A DNA stretch of 37,045 nt, taken from positions 1 to 37,045 of IMG/VR virus record IMGVR_UViG_3300031269_000043; one strand, written 5' to 3'. Numbering within the stretch: the first letter of the stretch is position 1; every line of letters starts with the position of its first letter. Shown here in pieces: positions 1 through 6,483 of this stretch. Both the position numbers and the translations under genes were made by a program. A model generated the notes under the pieces. That model was not told the origin of the DNA. It worked only from the letters and a program-made list of their open reading frames with translations, and ran no database searches. This DNA is from a virus (lineage: Duplodnaviria > Caudoviricetes).

Positions 1-121
1 GGTAGGTGAAGGCGTCCGGGTAGCCATCGGTGGTGATGGTCTCGGTCTCGCCACAGTAGGGGCAATCCACCTGATCGGAGTTCAGCGCGCCGATTACGGC
101 TTTGATGTCGTCCAGTTTCAT
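1..121 (-). CDS. hypothetical protein, N-terminal part (runs off the window), CxxC motif
   Basis: Manual translation MKLDDIKAVIGALNSDQVDCPYCGETETITTDGYPDAFTY; ATGA overlap with a tiny upstream ORF (118-174). Confidence 0.6.
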   Translation of the reverse strand, partial: MKLDDIKAVIGALNSDQVDCPYCGETETITTDGYPDAFTY

Positions 122-211
122 TCCACGACGCCCCCCTTCACCGCGTGGTGCAGATCGACCTTGATAATGATCATGGAGCCTCCGTGAATGTTCCGTGAAT
201 TGTCCATGAAT

Positions 212-227
212 GTGAACGTAGGTTCAC
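212..227. repeat. 16-bp palindrome copy 1, GTGAACGTAGGTTCAC
   Basis: Seen directly; preceded by three degenerate CC(G/A)TGAAT half-sites at 11-bp period (182-211). Confidence 0.85.
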
Positions 228-613
228 TCCCCACCCCACATGAAGGGGTCGTCGTAGTCTATCACCAGATTGCGATACCATGCGGGCTGATGCTCTACGG
301 CCTTGCCCTCCATGTCCACCATTTCTATGTCCCGGACTTGCTGTGCCAGTTCCATCCGTTCTAGGTGGTTGGTCCGGTTCCTGTTCTTCTTCGAGGCCCC
401 CTTGCCTTTGTGAATACAATCGGCGTTCTCCCCCACCAGACATACCGGACAGGGCACCCCCCGGATGCCGTCCTTTGTCAGAGGCTTTGATAAATCCCCG
501 GTCATTCGTCGCCCCATTCCCGGAGTGAGGCTTCCGCCAGCTTGTCGGCCTGATTTGCCCTCATCTTGCAGGCGGTCCCGGCAGTTGGCCGGGCGGGTGT
601 CTTTGGTCGTCAC
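224..613 (-). CDS. hypothetical protein with possible Zn-binding CPVC...C..H motif (start GTG 613 or ATG 505)
   Basis: ORF track 224..751; GTGA overlap with the stop of the upstream gene at 610-613. Confidence 0.55.
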   Translation of the reverse strand: MTTKDTRPANCRDRLQDEGKSGRQAGGSLTPGMGRRMTGDLSKPLTKDGIRGVPCPVCLVGENADCIHKGKGASKKNRNRTNHLERMELAQQVRDIEMVDMEGKAVEHQPAWYRNLVIDYDDPFMWGGE

Positions 614-897
614 GCGATGGCCTCCATTAGTTCGGCGTATCCCTCGTGATTGAGGCAGGCGCAGATCACCGCCTTGGTCGGCTTGGCTATGGTCACCTTG
701 AACAGTTCCGGTCGGTCGTTCTTGGGGAAGGCTTGGGCGCGGGCAGAACACGCCTTGCGGAAGGAAGGGAAGGCTTGGATGCCGGAAGGGGCGTCGTCGT
801 CAAAGTAGAGATAAACGATCATTTTGACCTCGGATTTGGGGTGTGAAACTATTAATTCACTGGCGTTTTTTGGGGTCACTTTTGTCCTTTGAGCCAC
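610..897 (-). CDS. hypothetical protein
   Basis: ORF in the tightly packed minus-strand run; start uncertain. Confidence 0.55.
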   Translation of the reverse strand: MAQRTKVTPKNASELIVSHPKSEVKMIVYLYFDDDAPSGIQAFPSFRKACSARAQAFPKNDRPELFKVTIAKPTKAVICACLNHEGYAELMEAIA

Positions 898-1070
898 CCT
901 AAATAAGCAGTGAATTTGCGTTCACTAGGTAATTTCTCGCCCATGCCTTGGCCCATCCGGTGCATAGCATCCAGAAGGGCGAGCCGCGCCGCGTAGTTCA
1001 TATCGGCCCGCCGGTCGGCTTTCTCGGCATTGTATTCCGCCAGTGTCTTTTTCTTGGAAGGCATGGTCAT
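876..1070 (-). CDS. hypothetical protein
   Basis: ORF with ATGA overlap at 1067-1070. Confidence 0.5.
   Translation of the reverse strand: MTMPSKKKTLAEYNAEKADRRADMNYAARLALLDAMHRMGQGMGEKLPSERKFTAYLGWLKGQK
910..925. repeat. 16-bp palindrome copy 2, GTGAATTTGCGTTCAC (1 arm mismatch)
   Basis: Seen directly; reverse complement GTGAACGCAAATTCAC. Confidence 0.8.
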
Positions 1071-1213
1071 GATCCTTTCAGGTGGCAGGCCGGGACTTCA
1101 CCAGCGGCGACGGCATCAGCATAGTATTCGGCCTTGATCCCTCCGAGCCACCCGGTAGGACTTTCCTTGAGCCATGGGCATTCCCGGCACTGTGTCTTGT
1201 GATCCAGCTTCAT
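1067..1213 (-). CDS. short Cys-rich protein (CRECPW...ACH), possibly a truncated remnant
   Basis: MKLDHKTQCRECPWLKESPTGWLGG...PACHLKGS; ATGA overlaps at both ends. Confidence 0.5.
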   Translation of the reverse strand: MKLDHKTQCRECPWLKESPTGWLGGIKAEYYADAVAAGEVPACHLKGS

Positions 1214-1545
1214 GTGCATCGGTCCTTGTCTTTGCAGGCGTCGGCCACGCCCCGGCGCTTCTTGTCGTCTTGGAACGCGCCGCATAGATACATCCAGCGC
1301 AAGTGTTCGTGGAACCACGTGTCGCTACCATAGTAGCCCGGATTGATCAGGGCCTCGACCATGGTTCCCACGGTGGTGTGGTGGGTGCAGTCCGGGTTCT
1401 GGGGGGGTCCAAGGATCACTTCCTGCCCCTTGTAGGCTTTCAGGCTGGCCTCATCGTTGTAGCGCATCCCAAGGACAAAGCCATTCAGGGCACCGGCGAG
1501 TAGGGAGGCCCCGGCCACCCACAGGGGCAGCGGGCCTCTCACCAT
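1210..1545 (-). CDS. hypothetical protein with N-terminal hydrophobic segment
   Basis: MVRGPLPLWVAGASLLAGALNGFVLG... within ORF 1210..1617; start estimated. Confidence 0.5.
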   Translation of the reverse strand: MVRGPLPLWVAGASLLAGALNGFVLGMRYNDEASLKAYKGQEVILGPPQNPDCTHHTTVGTMVEALINPGYYGSDTWFHEHLRWMYLCGAFQDDKKRRGVADACKDKDRCT

Positions 1546-1829
1546 CTTTGCAGGGGCGCGAAGCCCCACCCCATATTGACCACCCATTGCTTCTTGGCCT
1601 TGTTCCAGTTCGCCCACATGAAGGCTTTCATGTAGCCCTTCGGCTGTCCCGGCCCGTTGTCAGCTTCGAGCATCCGCTTGCGCAGTTCGGGGTACATACC
1701 CTCATAGACGCGACGCTTGGCCTTGTCATAGATCAGCACCTTGGGGTTCTTGGGGTCCACCCATATTTCGCCGGTCTCGTTGGCACGTTGAATATCTATG
1801 GGGAGTTGTATTTTGACGAGTGCGGCCAT
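1539..1829 (-). CDS. hypothetical protein
   Basis: 96-aa ORF directly after the HTH gene, phage-like codon usage. Confidence 0.65.
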   Translation of the reverse strand: MAALVKIQLPIDIQRANETGEIWVDPKNPKVLIYDKAKRRVYEGMYPELRKRMLEADNGPGQPKGYMKAFMWANWNKAKKQWVVNMGWGFAPLQRW

Positions 1830-1830
1830 G

Positions 1831-2130
1831 TCAGTGATACCTATGTCCTATTTTGACGATGCGCAGTTCCAGCCCTAGAGGGGGTAGCAGGGCGAACAAT
1901 GTCTCCCACCGGGGCCATAGGGTATAGCCGCCGCGAAGCTGATACAGACAGCGTTCGCTTCGGCCTATATCTAGGGCAAGTTTCTTGAGGTCGCCGTAGT
2001 CATACAAGGCATCACGGACCTGATCCATGACCTCGGCGCGGAAGGTGTCATTCTTGCGCAAGCCCTCAGTGACGAGGCGCACCTTGTTGTCCACCAGCGG
2101 GGTGTATTCTGGGAGTTTGTGATTAAGCAT
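1831..2130 (-). CDS. Cro/C1 (XRE)-type HTH DNA-binding protein
   Basis: LKKLALDIGRSERCLYQLRGG..PRWETLFALLPPLGLEL matches the XRE pattern; own promoter upstream. Confidence 0.65.
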   Translation of the reverse strand: MLNHKLPEYTPLVDNKVRLVTEGLRKNDTFRAEVMDQVRDALYDYGDLKKLALDIGRSERCLYQLRGGYTLWPRWETLFALLPPLGLELRIVKIGHRYH

Positions 2131-2158
2131 GGGGGGCTTTCATATAGGTTCCAAGGCC

Positions 2159-2191
2159 CCCATACTCCGCCACACCGTGGCGTTTGTCAAC
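2159..2191 (-). promoter_or_regulatory. GTTGACAAAC-type promoter
   Basis: TTGACA at 2185-2190; -10 weak (GAGTAT at 17 bp); CCTTGGAAC leader follows. Confidence 0.6.
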
Positions 2192-2263
2192 CGCTTTCTG
2201 TTCCGTAAGGCCCCTGAGAATACAGTATCTCGGTGAACTCATGTTCCTTTGAATTGTGGGGCT

Positions 2264-2527
2264 TTAACTGGCATCGGGTTTCCTCAGATATGAAAAGCCC
2301 CCGGCGCGGTGATACTGCACTATGTAGCGTTGCGGGTCAGGGAGGGTAGCTAGGAACCGGCGCACGGCCTTGATCGGATCGCCCCCGGAAGGCTCGACGC
2401 CGGGCACCACCAGAACCCCCACGTGCTTCTTGACGTTATAGGCTCGGGCCTGAATGAACAAGGTGGCCGGGTAGGTGGGGGTGAGTTCGTGCTTCACCCG
2501 GCGGTTCCAGTAGGCGGGACAGGACAC
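2264..2527 (-). CDS. hypothetical protein
   Basis: ORF track; fits the minus-strand gene run. Confidence 0.5.
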   Translation of the reverse strand: MSCPAYWNRRVKHELTPTYPATLFIQARAYNVKKHVGVLVVPGVEPSGGDPIKAVRRFLATLPDPQRYIVQYHRAGGFSYLRKPDAS

Positions 2528-2533
2528 AGCGTC

Positions 2534-2959
2534 TCAGAGGTCAGGGACGAAGGAGGCCGCTATCTGAGTTCTGATCCCTTCCATGGGGGCGGCACGGCAC
2601 CGCTCTTGCAGAACCCGGCCATAGTCGTCCTCATAGCGCGTGATGTCGTCCTCGGCACATAGGGAGCCATATTGGACTTCAATCAGTGTGAGGGGCTGTT
2701 CTCCGGCGCACGCGATGCGGTGGATTTCTCCGTATCCCACGTGAAGGGTCTGGCCTTCCAGAGCAGAGAAGTTCTTGCCGTTTATCGTCGCCAGCATAAC
2801 CCCAGAAACCACAGTCCAGATTTCCCGGCGGTATCTGTGGCTCTGCAAGGACGTGCGGTGTCCGGGATGGACAGTGATGGTCTTGACCGCGTGGCGCTGC
2901 CCCGCCACCACGGTGGAGAAGCGCCCCCATGGGCGCTCTCCGTCGCTCTCAGCCTGCAT
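2534..2959 (-). CDS. cupin, mannose-6-phosphate isomerase type II C-terminal domain-like
   Basis: ERPWG, SLQSHRYRREIWTVVSG, IEVQYG..EDDITRYEDDYGR are hallmark motifs of the ManC/PMI-II cupin domain. Confidence 0.85.
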   Translation of the reverse strand: MQAESDGERPWGRFSTVVAGQRHAVKTITVHPGHRTSLQSHRYRREIWTVVSGVMLATINGKNFSALEGQTLHVGYGEIHRIACAGEQPLTLIEVQYGSLCAEDDITRYEDDYGRVLQERCRAAPMEGIRTQIAASFVPDL

Positions 2960-3182
2960 GATCAGATACCAGTGCCTTGACGTGATCTTCGGCGGCTTTC
3001 AGGACCAGCTTGCGGACGCGCTCGGCGCGCTTGTCCTCGTCTTTGATCCGGCTGGTGTGGAGGGGGATCGCGACCTCGACTTCAACCGAGGGTAGCCCGT
3101 CCAGTTCAATCTGGTGAACCTCGCGGGTATTGCCGTCTACCTCTCGGCGGGCGATCATCTTGGTTCCCATGATCTTGGTCAT
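2949..3182 (-). CDS. hypothetical protein
   Basis: MTKIMGTKMIARREVDG...; ATGA overlap with a 16-aa ORF. Confidence 0.6.
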   Translation of the reverse strand: MTKIMGTKMIARREVDGNTREVHQIELDGLPSVEVEVAIPLHTSRIKDEDKRAERVRKLVLKAAEDHVKALVSDHAG

Positions 3183-3229
3183 TTCTTCTTGCCCCCCTTG
3201 CCGTAGCCTTTTCCCTTCATCTTGCCCAT
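3179..3229 (-). CDS. 16-aa Lys/Gly-rich micropeptide MGKMKGKGYGKGGKKK
   Basis: GAAAGGGGG RBS-like sequence upstream, promoter upstream, ATGA coupling to the next gene. Confidence 0.45.
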   Translation of the reverse strand: MGKMKGKGYGKGGKKK

Positions 3230-3270
3230 GGTGCAGCCCCCTTTCAGGTTGCGAGTTGGTGATGGGCAGG

Positions 3271-3299
3271 ACGATAGGCCATACCGGGCAATCTGACAA
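3271..3299 (-). promoter_or_regulatory. sigma70-like promoter TTGTCA-17-TATCGT
   Basis: Seen on the minus strand immediately after a terminator. Confidence 0.5.
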
Positions 3300-3301
3300 G
3301 G

Positions 3302-3333
3302 AAAAGCCCACCGGTGGGTCGTACCCGGCGGGC
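3302..3333 (-). terminator. intrinsic terminator
   Basis: GCCCGCCGG...CCGGTGGGC hairpin followed by TTTT on the minus strand. Confidence 0.7.
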
Positions 3334-3384
3334 TTGCGGCGGTGGCCGTTAGTGGTGGAACCCCCCCGCCGCCGGGGTATTCTA

Positions 3385-3804
3385 TCAGATCAGGTTGAAG
3401 CGGCGTGCAGCAGCCACGGCATCCTTGCCGGAGTTGCCGAACTTCCACCACTTGCCGTTCGCTACCTTGACGCAGCGCAGGCCACCCACAGCAATGGCTA
3501 CCGCTATGTATTCTTCGCCGTTGTGGGTGAAGGGCTTGCCGCATACTTCGCTGGAACCGTCGAAGCGGTCGGCGTTTGCGACGACTGCCTTCATGGCGGT
3601 TTCGATTGCCATGGCGCGGCGATCAGCGGCTTTCATGGCGGTGTAGTCGGAGGGGGCCTTGCCGTGCTTTTCCTCGAACTTGCGGCCCAGCAAGGCGGGG
3701 TTCACTTCCCAATCCTTGGCAATCTCGGCCACCAGCGTGGGGGTGAAACCATCTTCCACGATGCAGTCGCGAAGGTCGTTCAGGGCGGCGTTCAGGTCGG
3801 GCAT
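3385..3804 (-). CDS. hypothetical protein
   Basis: MPDLNAALND...; GGAG RBS, own promoter and downstream terminator. Confidence 0.75.
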   Translation of the reverse strand: MPDLNAALNDLRDCIVEDGFTPTLVAEIAKDWEVNPALLGRKFEEKHGKAPSDYTAMKAADRRAMAIETAMKAVVANADRFDGSSEVCGKPFTHNGEEYIAVAIAVGGLRCVKVANGKWWKFGNSGKDAVAAARRFNLI

Positions 3805-3841
3805 GTCAGGCTCCAAGGTCGGTGTTCGTTGGTGTGTATCC

Positions 3842-3871
3842 TAGATACCCGCCCCCGATGCGTTTGTCAAC
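3842..3871 (-). promoter_or_regulatory. GTTGACAAAC-type promoter TTGACA-17-TATCTA
   Basis: Seen directly; palindrome copy 3 lies 7 bp upstream of the -35. Confidence 0.75.
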
Positions 3872-3877
3872 ACCTAA

Positions 3878-3893
3878 GTGAACGCAAGTTCAC
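3878..3893. repeat. 16-bp palindrome copy 3, GTGAACGCAAGTTCAC
   Basis: Seen directly, intergenic between terminator and promoter. Confidence 0.9.
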
Positions 3894-3932
3894 AAAAGGT
3901 GAGGGCCGCACATTTCCCTACGTGCGGCCCTC
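3894..3932 (-). terminator. intrinsic terminator after the RNA genes
   Basis: 11-bp stem GAGGGCCGCAC/GTGCGGCCCTC followed by ACCTTTT. Confidence 0.7.
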
Positions 3933-4006
3933 GGTGTGATGAGCGGGAATTGAACCCGCATTCGACAGCCCCTGAAACTGTTGCCTTACCAATTGGCAAC
4001 CATCAT
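3932..4006 (-). tRNA. atypical tRNA or pseudo-tRNA, anticodon CAG (Leu) on a short-variable-loop body
   Basis: D arm GCC-AATTGGTAA-GGC; anticodon arm ACAGT-TTCAGGG-GCTGT; T arm GCGGG-TTCAATT-CCCGC; acceptor ATGATGG/TCATCAC with A1.C72 mismatch; ends ACCG. Confidence 0.65.
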
Positions 4007-4023
4007 TTTCGGCGTGCTTGAAG

Positions 4024-4270
4024 TTTCAGATCAGTGTCCGTCTTTACTCTAATCGCTCGACGCTCTGACCACTGAGCTACCCGCGCATAGTTGGGTTGAT
4101 GTTTTGGAGCGCGGAGGCGGATTTGAACCGCCGACCTTCGAGTTGCTTGTATCTGGACCTGTTCCTCATACCTCCTTCTGCCTTAACTCTGAGGGGCAAT
4201 AATCTGGGTGCAGCATTCCCGATCAGATCGGGCGCTTGCATCATTCGTCAGTCTGACACTGCCTCTAAGT
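4024..4270 (-). ncRNA. structured ncRNA containing a circularly permuted tRNA-like domain (Y RNA/YrlA-like)
   Basis: 3' tRNA half CTCGA-AGGTC-GGCGG-TTCAAAT-CCGCC-TCCGCGC-TCCA (4142-4105) precedes the 5' half GCGCGGG-TA-GCTC-AGTGGTCA-GAGC-G-TCGAG (4086-4056); ends can pair (TTAGA-GG-CAGTGTC with GACACTG-A-TCTGA). Confidence 0.75.
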
Positions 4271-4290
4271 CTGTTCCCTATGGAACCTCT

Positions 4291-5034
4291 TTAGCCGTGG
4301 ATCATGTAGTCAAACATGCTCTTGGCAATCTCTCGTTTCTCGACCTCGACGGTGTTGGCCCGCTGGCGTGCGGCCTTCACGGCGGCGATCAGCTTGTCCA
4401 CCCGGCCCAGCATCTTGGACTTGGCGAGTGGGGTCAGCATGGTAGAGCGGTGCACGGTCTCGATCTTGGCCACCGGGATGTCCTCGGTCCACTTCTCGAT
4501 CTGTGCCGGGTGCTTGTCGGTCGCGTCATACAGCACCTTGTGCTTCATGGTTTTCTCGCCACGGAAGTTCACCGCCGGGGCAGACACGAACGTGTACTCA
4601 GCCGTGGTATCCTCGGTCCACGCCATTTCGGGGGCTAGGATGGGGATGGACAGCACCACTTCGCGCAGTTCCTTGAGCCGGGTCTCCATGCCCAGCAAGA
4701 AGGTGGCGGGCACGTCAGAGGCCAGCACAGTGCCGTTCAGGACGATGTCGGCGCGGGCGTTGCCGTTGGTGGTTTCCAGTTCGAGCAGCGCGTCCCAATA
4801 CTTGCCCACGACGCGGGAGGTATGGTCCAGCTTGTCGGCCACGGTGGTGACCACTTCCTTGGTCTCCGAGACGTTCTCGGCGGACCGGCTCTCGTCAAAG
4901 AAACGTATTGTACGGGTCTGGCCCTTGAAGTGGTCCGCGCGCTTGGCGAACGTGTCGCGGCTTTCCTTGATGATCGCGGTGGCGGCATTGGATCGGTCAC
5001 CGATCACCGCCAATAATTCGTGCATCTTTGCCAT
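4291..5034 (-). CDS. protein of unknown function (247 aa), directly upstream of the ncRNA
   Basis: MAKMHELLAV...; GGAG RBS, own promoter, strong codon bias. Confidence 0.85.
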   Translation of the reverse strand: MAKMHELLAVIGDRSNAATAIIKESRDTFAKRADHFKGQTRTIRFFDESRSAENVSETKEVVTTVADKLDHTSRVVGKYWDALLELETTNGNARADIVLNGTVLASDVPATFLLGMETRLKELREVVLSIPILAPEMAWTEDTTAEYTFVSAPAVNFRGEKTMKHKVLYDATDKHPAQIEKWTEDIPVAKIETVHRSTMLTPLAKSKMLGRVDKLIAAVKAARQRANTVEVEKREIAKSMFDYMIHG

Positions 5035-5066
5035 TCTAAATCTCCATCTGAATGCGGGGATAGGGG

Positions 5067-5097
5067 TAGGTAAAGGCACCCCCTATAGTTTGTCAAC
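5067..5097 (-). promoter_or_regulatory. GTTGACAAAC-type promoter TTGACA-18-TACCTA
   Basis: Seen directly in the intergenic gap. Confidence 0.65.
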
Positions 5098-5100
5098 CGC

Positions 5101-5409
5101 CTAATTCATGCCCCCCAGCTTTTTATCAACCGGCCCCAGATCAGCGCCGGGGATGTCCCACTTGGACACCAGTTCCTTCATGGCGTCCCGGATGCTGTCA
5201 CGCTCGGCGTTGGAGCAATACTGCACCCGGCCCCCGTGGAACACGAGCAGGGCGAAGTGCACATCGTCCTCTTTGCCCGCCGCCTTGGTCAGTTCTTTTT
5301 CCAGCATACGCCCGATGCGTTGAAGCCGGTTCGATATGCGGGCGTTGGCCTGATACTCGGCGTGGTTCTCATTCGGGATCAGTTCGGGGGGAACCTTGGG
5401 TCTCATCAT
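5101..5409 (-). CDS. hypothetical protein
   Basis: GGAGG RBS before MMRPKV...; FALLVF...VQYCSNAER segment. Confidence 0.7.
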   Translation of the reverse strand: MMRPKVPPELIPNENHAEYQANARISNRLQRIGRMLEKELTKAAGKEDDVHFALLVFHGGRVQYCSNAERDSIRDAMKELVSKWDIPGADLGPVDKKLGGMN

Positions 5410-5534
5410 GTCCTCCAATAGTCGGCAAAGTATTGCCAAGAGCCGCGATACATGCGGCGGAACAGGGCGGAGTTTCGGAACCCTCCCATGGCATACCAAT
5501 CCCGTTTGGTCACCCGTGCCACGCCCGGCCTCAT
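5406..5534 (-). CDS. 42-aa hypothetical protein (not in the ORF track)
   Basis: MRPGVARVTKRDWYAMGGFRNSALFRRMYRGSWQYFADYWRT; ATGA overlaps at both ends. Confidence 0.6.
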   Translation of the reverse strand: MRPGVARVTKRDWYAMGGFRNSALFRRMYRGSWQYFADYWRT

Positions 5535-5743
5535 TGACCACCCTTCTGGTAGTTCTGGTGGAAGGTGTAGCCTTGGCGGCTCATGTCCTCAGCGACGGAC
5601 AGCGAGAACACGGCCATGTCTCCGGCGTGGTTCAGGGCGTACCTGATAGCTTGGGCCTGTGAGGCGGGCATACCGCCTACCTCACAGGTGCGGAGATAGC
5701 GGGCCATGCCACGCTCTACCGCATCATCAATCCACGTCCGCAT
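5531..5743 (-). CDS. hypothetical protein
   Basis: TGATG coupling with the upstream gene. Confidence 0.6.
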   Translation of the reverse strand: MRTWIDDAVERGMARYLRTCEVGGMPASQAQAIRYALNHAGDMAVFSLSVAEDMSRQGYTFHQNYQKGGQ

Positions 5744-6009
5744 CAGCGAGACGGGGGAAGATCAGTGCCGCCGGTAGTGGCCAGCTTGGGGGCATACTCG
5801 ACACGCTTGACCACTCCGGCTTCCACGATGTCCAGCATATCAATGTCCACCCACATGCCGGGGTGGGTCTTGTTGTCCTTGTCCACGCCCGGCTCAAGGA
5901 ACATGCGGTCGCACCCGGTAAGGTGTTGGGCATGGGATATGACAATGCCGACGAAGCCGCTGATACGGTCCTTCACCCGGTCGCCCAGCTTGGGGGTGCT
6001 GTTGCTCAT
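5743..6009 (-). CDS. hypothetical protein, SH3-like pattern
   Basis: KLGDRVKDRISGFVGIV...LTGCDR...W.D; ATGA coupling. Confidence 0.7.
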   Translation of the reverse strand: MSNSTPKLGDRVKDRISGFVGIVISHAQHLTGCDRMFLEPGVDKDNKTHPGMWVDIDMLDIVEAGVVKRVEYAPKLATTGGTDLPPSR

Positions 6010-6305
6010 GTTCCCACCTTCTTGAAGTCGTTTTCGTCCAGCGTGTCGGGATCGACTTCCTCACACGTCACCAGCATGGCGCGGCCACCGGGGGAGATTG
6101 CGACGAACTGCGAGCCGTCCTCTGCATCACGCATCATGTGGACCTTGGCCCCCTTGTGCAGATCGGACTTGCCGAAGCGCGGGGCCTTCTGGCGAGTGTC
6201 GCCCTTGAGGTCCAGTTCGGCTTGCGGCGAGTGGATGCAGCATTTGCGCGCAAGATACTGTGTGAACATCCCGACGTCTGTATTAGCATTGCGTAACTTG
6301 GGCAT
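6006..6305 (-). CDS. hypothetical protein
   Basis: AGGAG RBS, coupled ORF. Confidence 0.65.
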   Translation of the reverse strand: MPKLRNANTDVGMFTQYLARKCCIHSPQAELDLKGDTRQKAPRFGKSDLHKGAKVHMMRDAEDGSQFVAISPGGRAMLVTCEEVDPDTLDENDFKKVGT

Positions 6306-6306
6306 G

Positions 6307-6483
6307 TCAATCTCCTATAAACCCGTGTTCAACTTCTGCCTGTTTTCTGGCAGCTATAGCGTCCTCAAGAGTGGCAAAGTCCCCTTTCCCCGCGCGCCGC
6401 CCGGTTTTCCAGAACAGCTTCCCGGTCTTCGGATCATACCAAAGGAGGGTTCGCAGCCCGTCAGGTGTAAGGTGCTTATCCAT
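6307..6483 (-). pseudogene. internally deleted HNH-AP2 homing endonuclease remnant
   Basis: N-terminal LRTLLWYDPKTGKLFWK..RAG joined directly to an AP2-like tail GDFATLEDAIAARKQAEVEHGF; no HNH core. Confidence 0.6.

Noticed and set aside
2233-2248. Further palindrome copies (GTGAACTCATGTTCCT here, also near 843, 12603 and 32064)
   Set aside because: Two or more mismatches or the wrong spacer length; they could be weak sites but are not counted.
3960-3985. Opal-suppressor (TCA) reading of the atypical tRNA
   Set aside because: Centring TCA in a 7-nt loop breaks the anticodon stem, whereas the CAG register pairs; genes here use TGA as a normal stop.
4056-4142. Two-piece (permuted) tmRNA
   Set aside because: The acceptor stem has G3-C70 and a T discriminator instead of the alanine identity G3.U70/A73, a full D stem is present, and there is no room for a tag reading frame after the 5' half.
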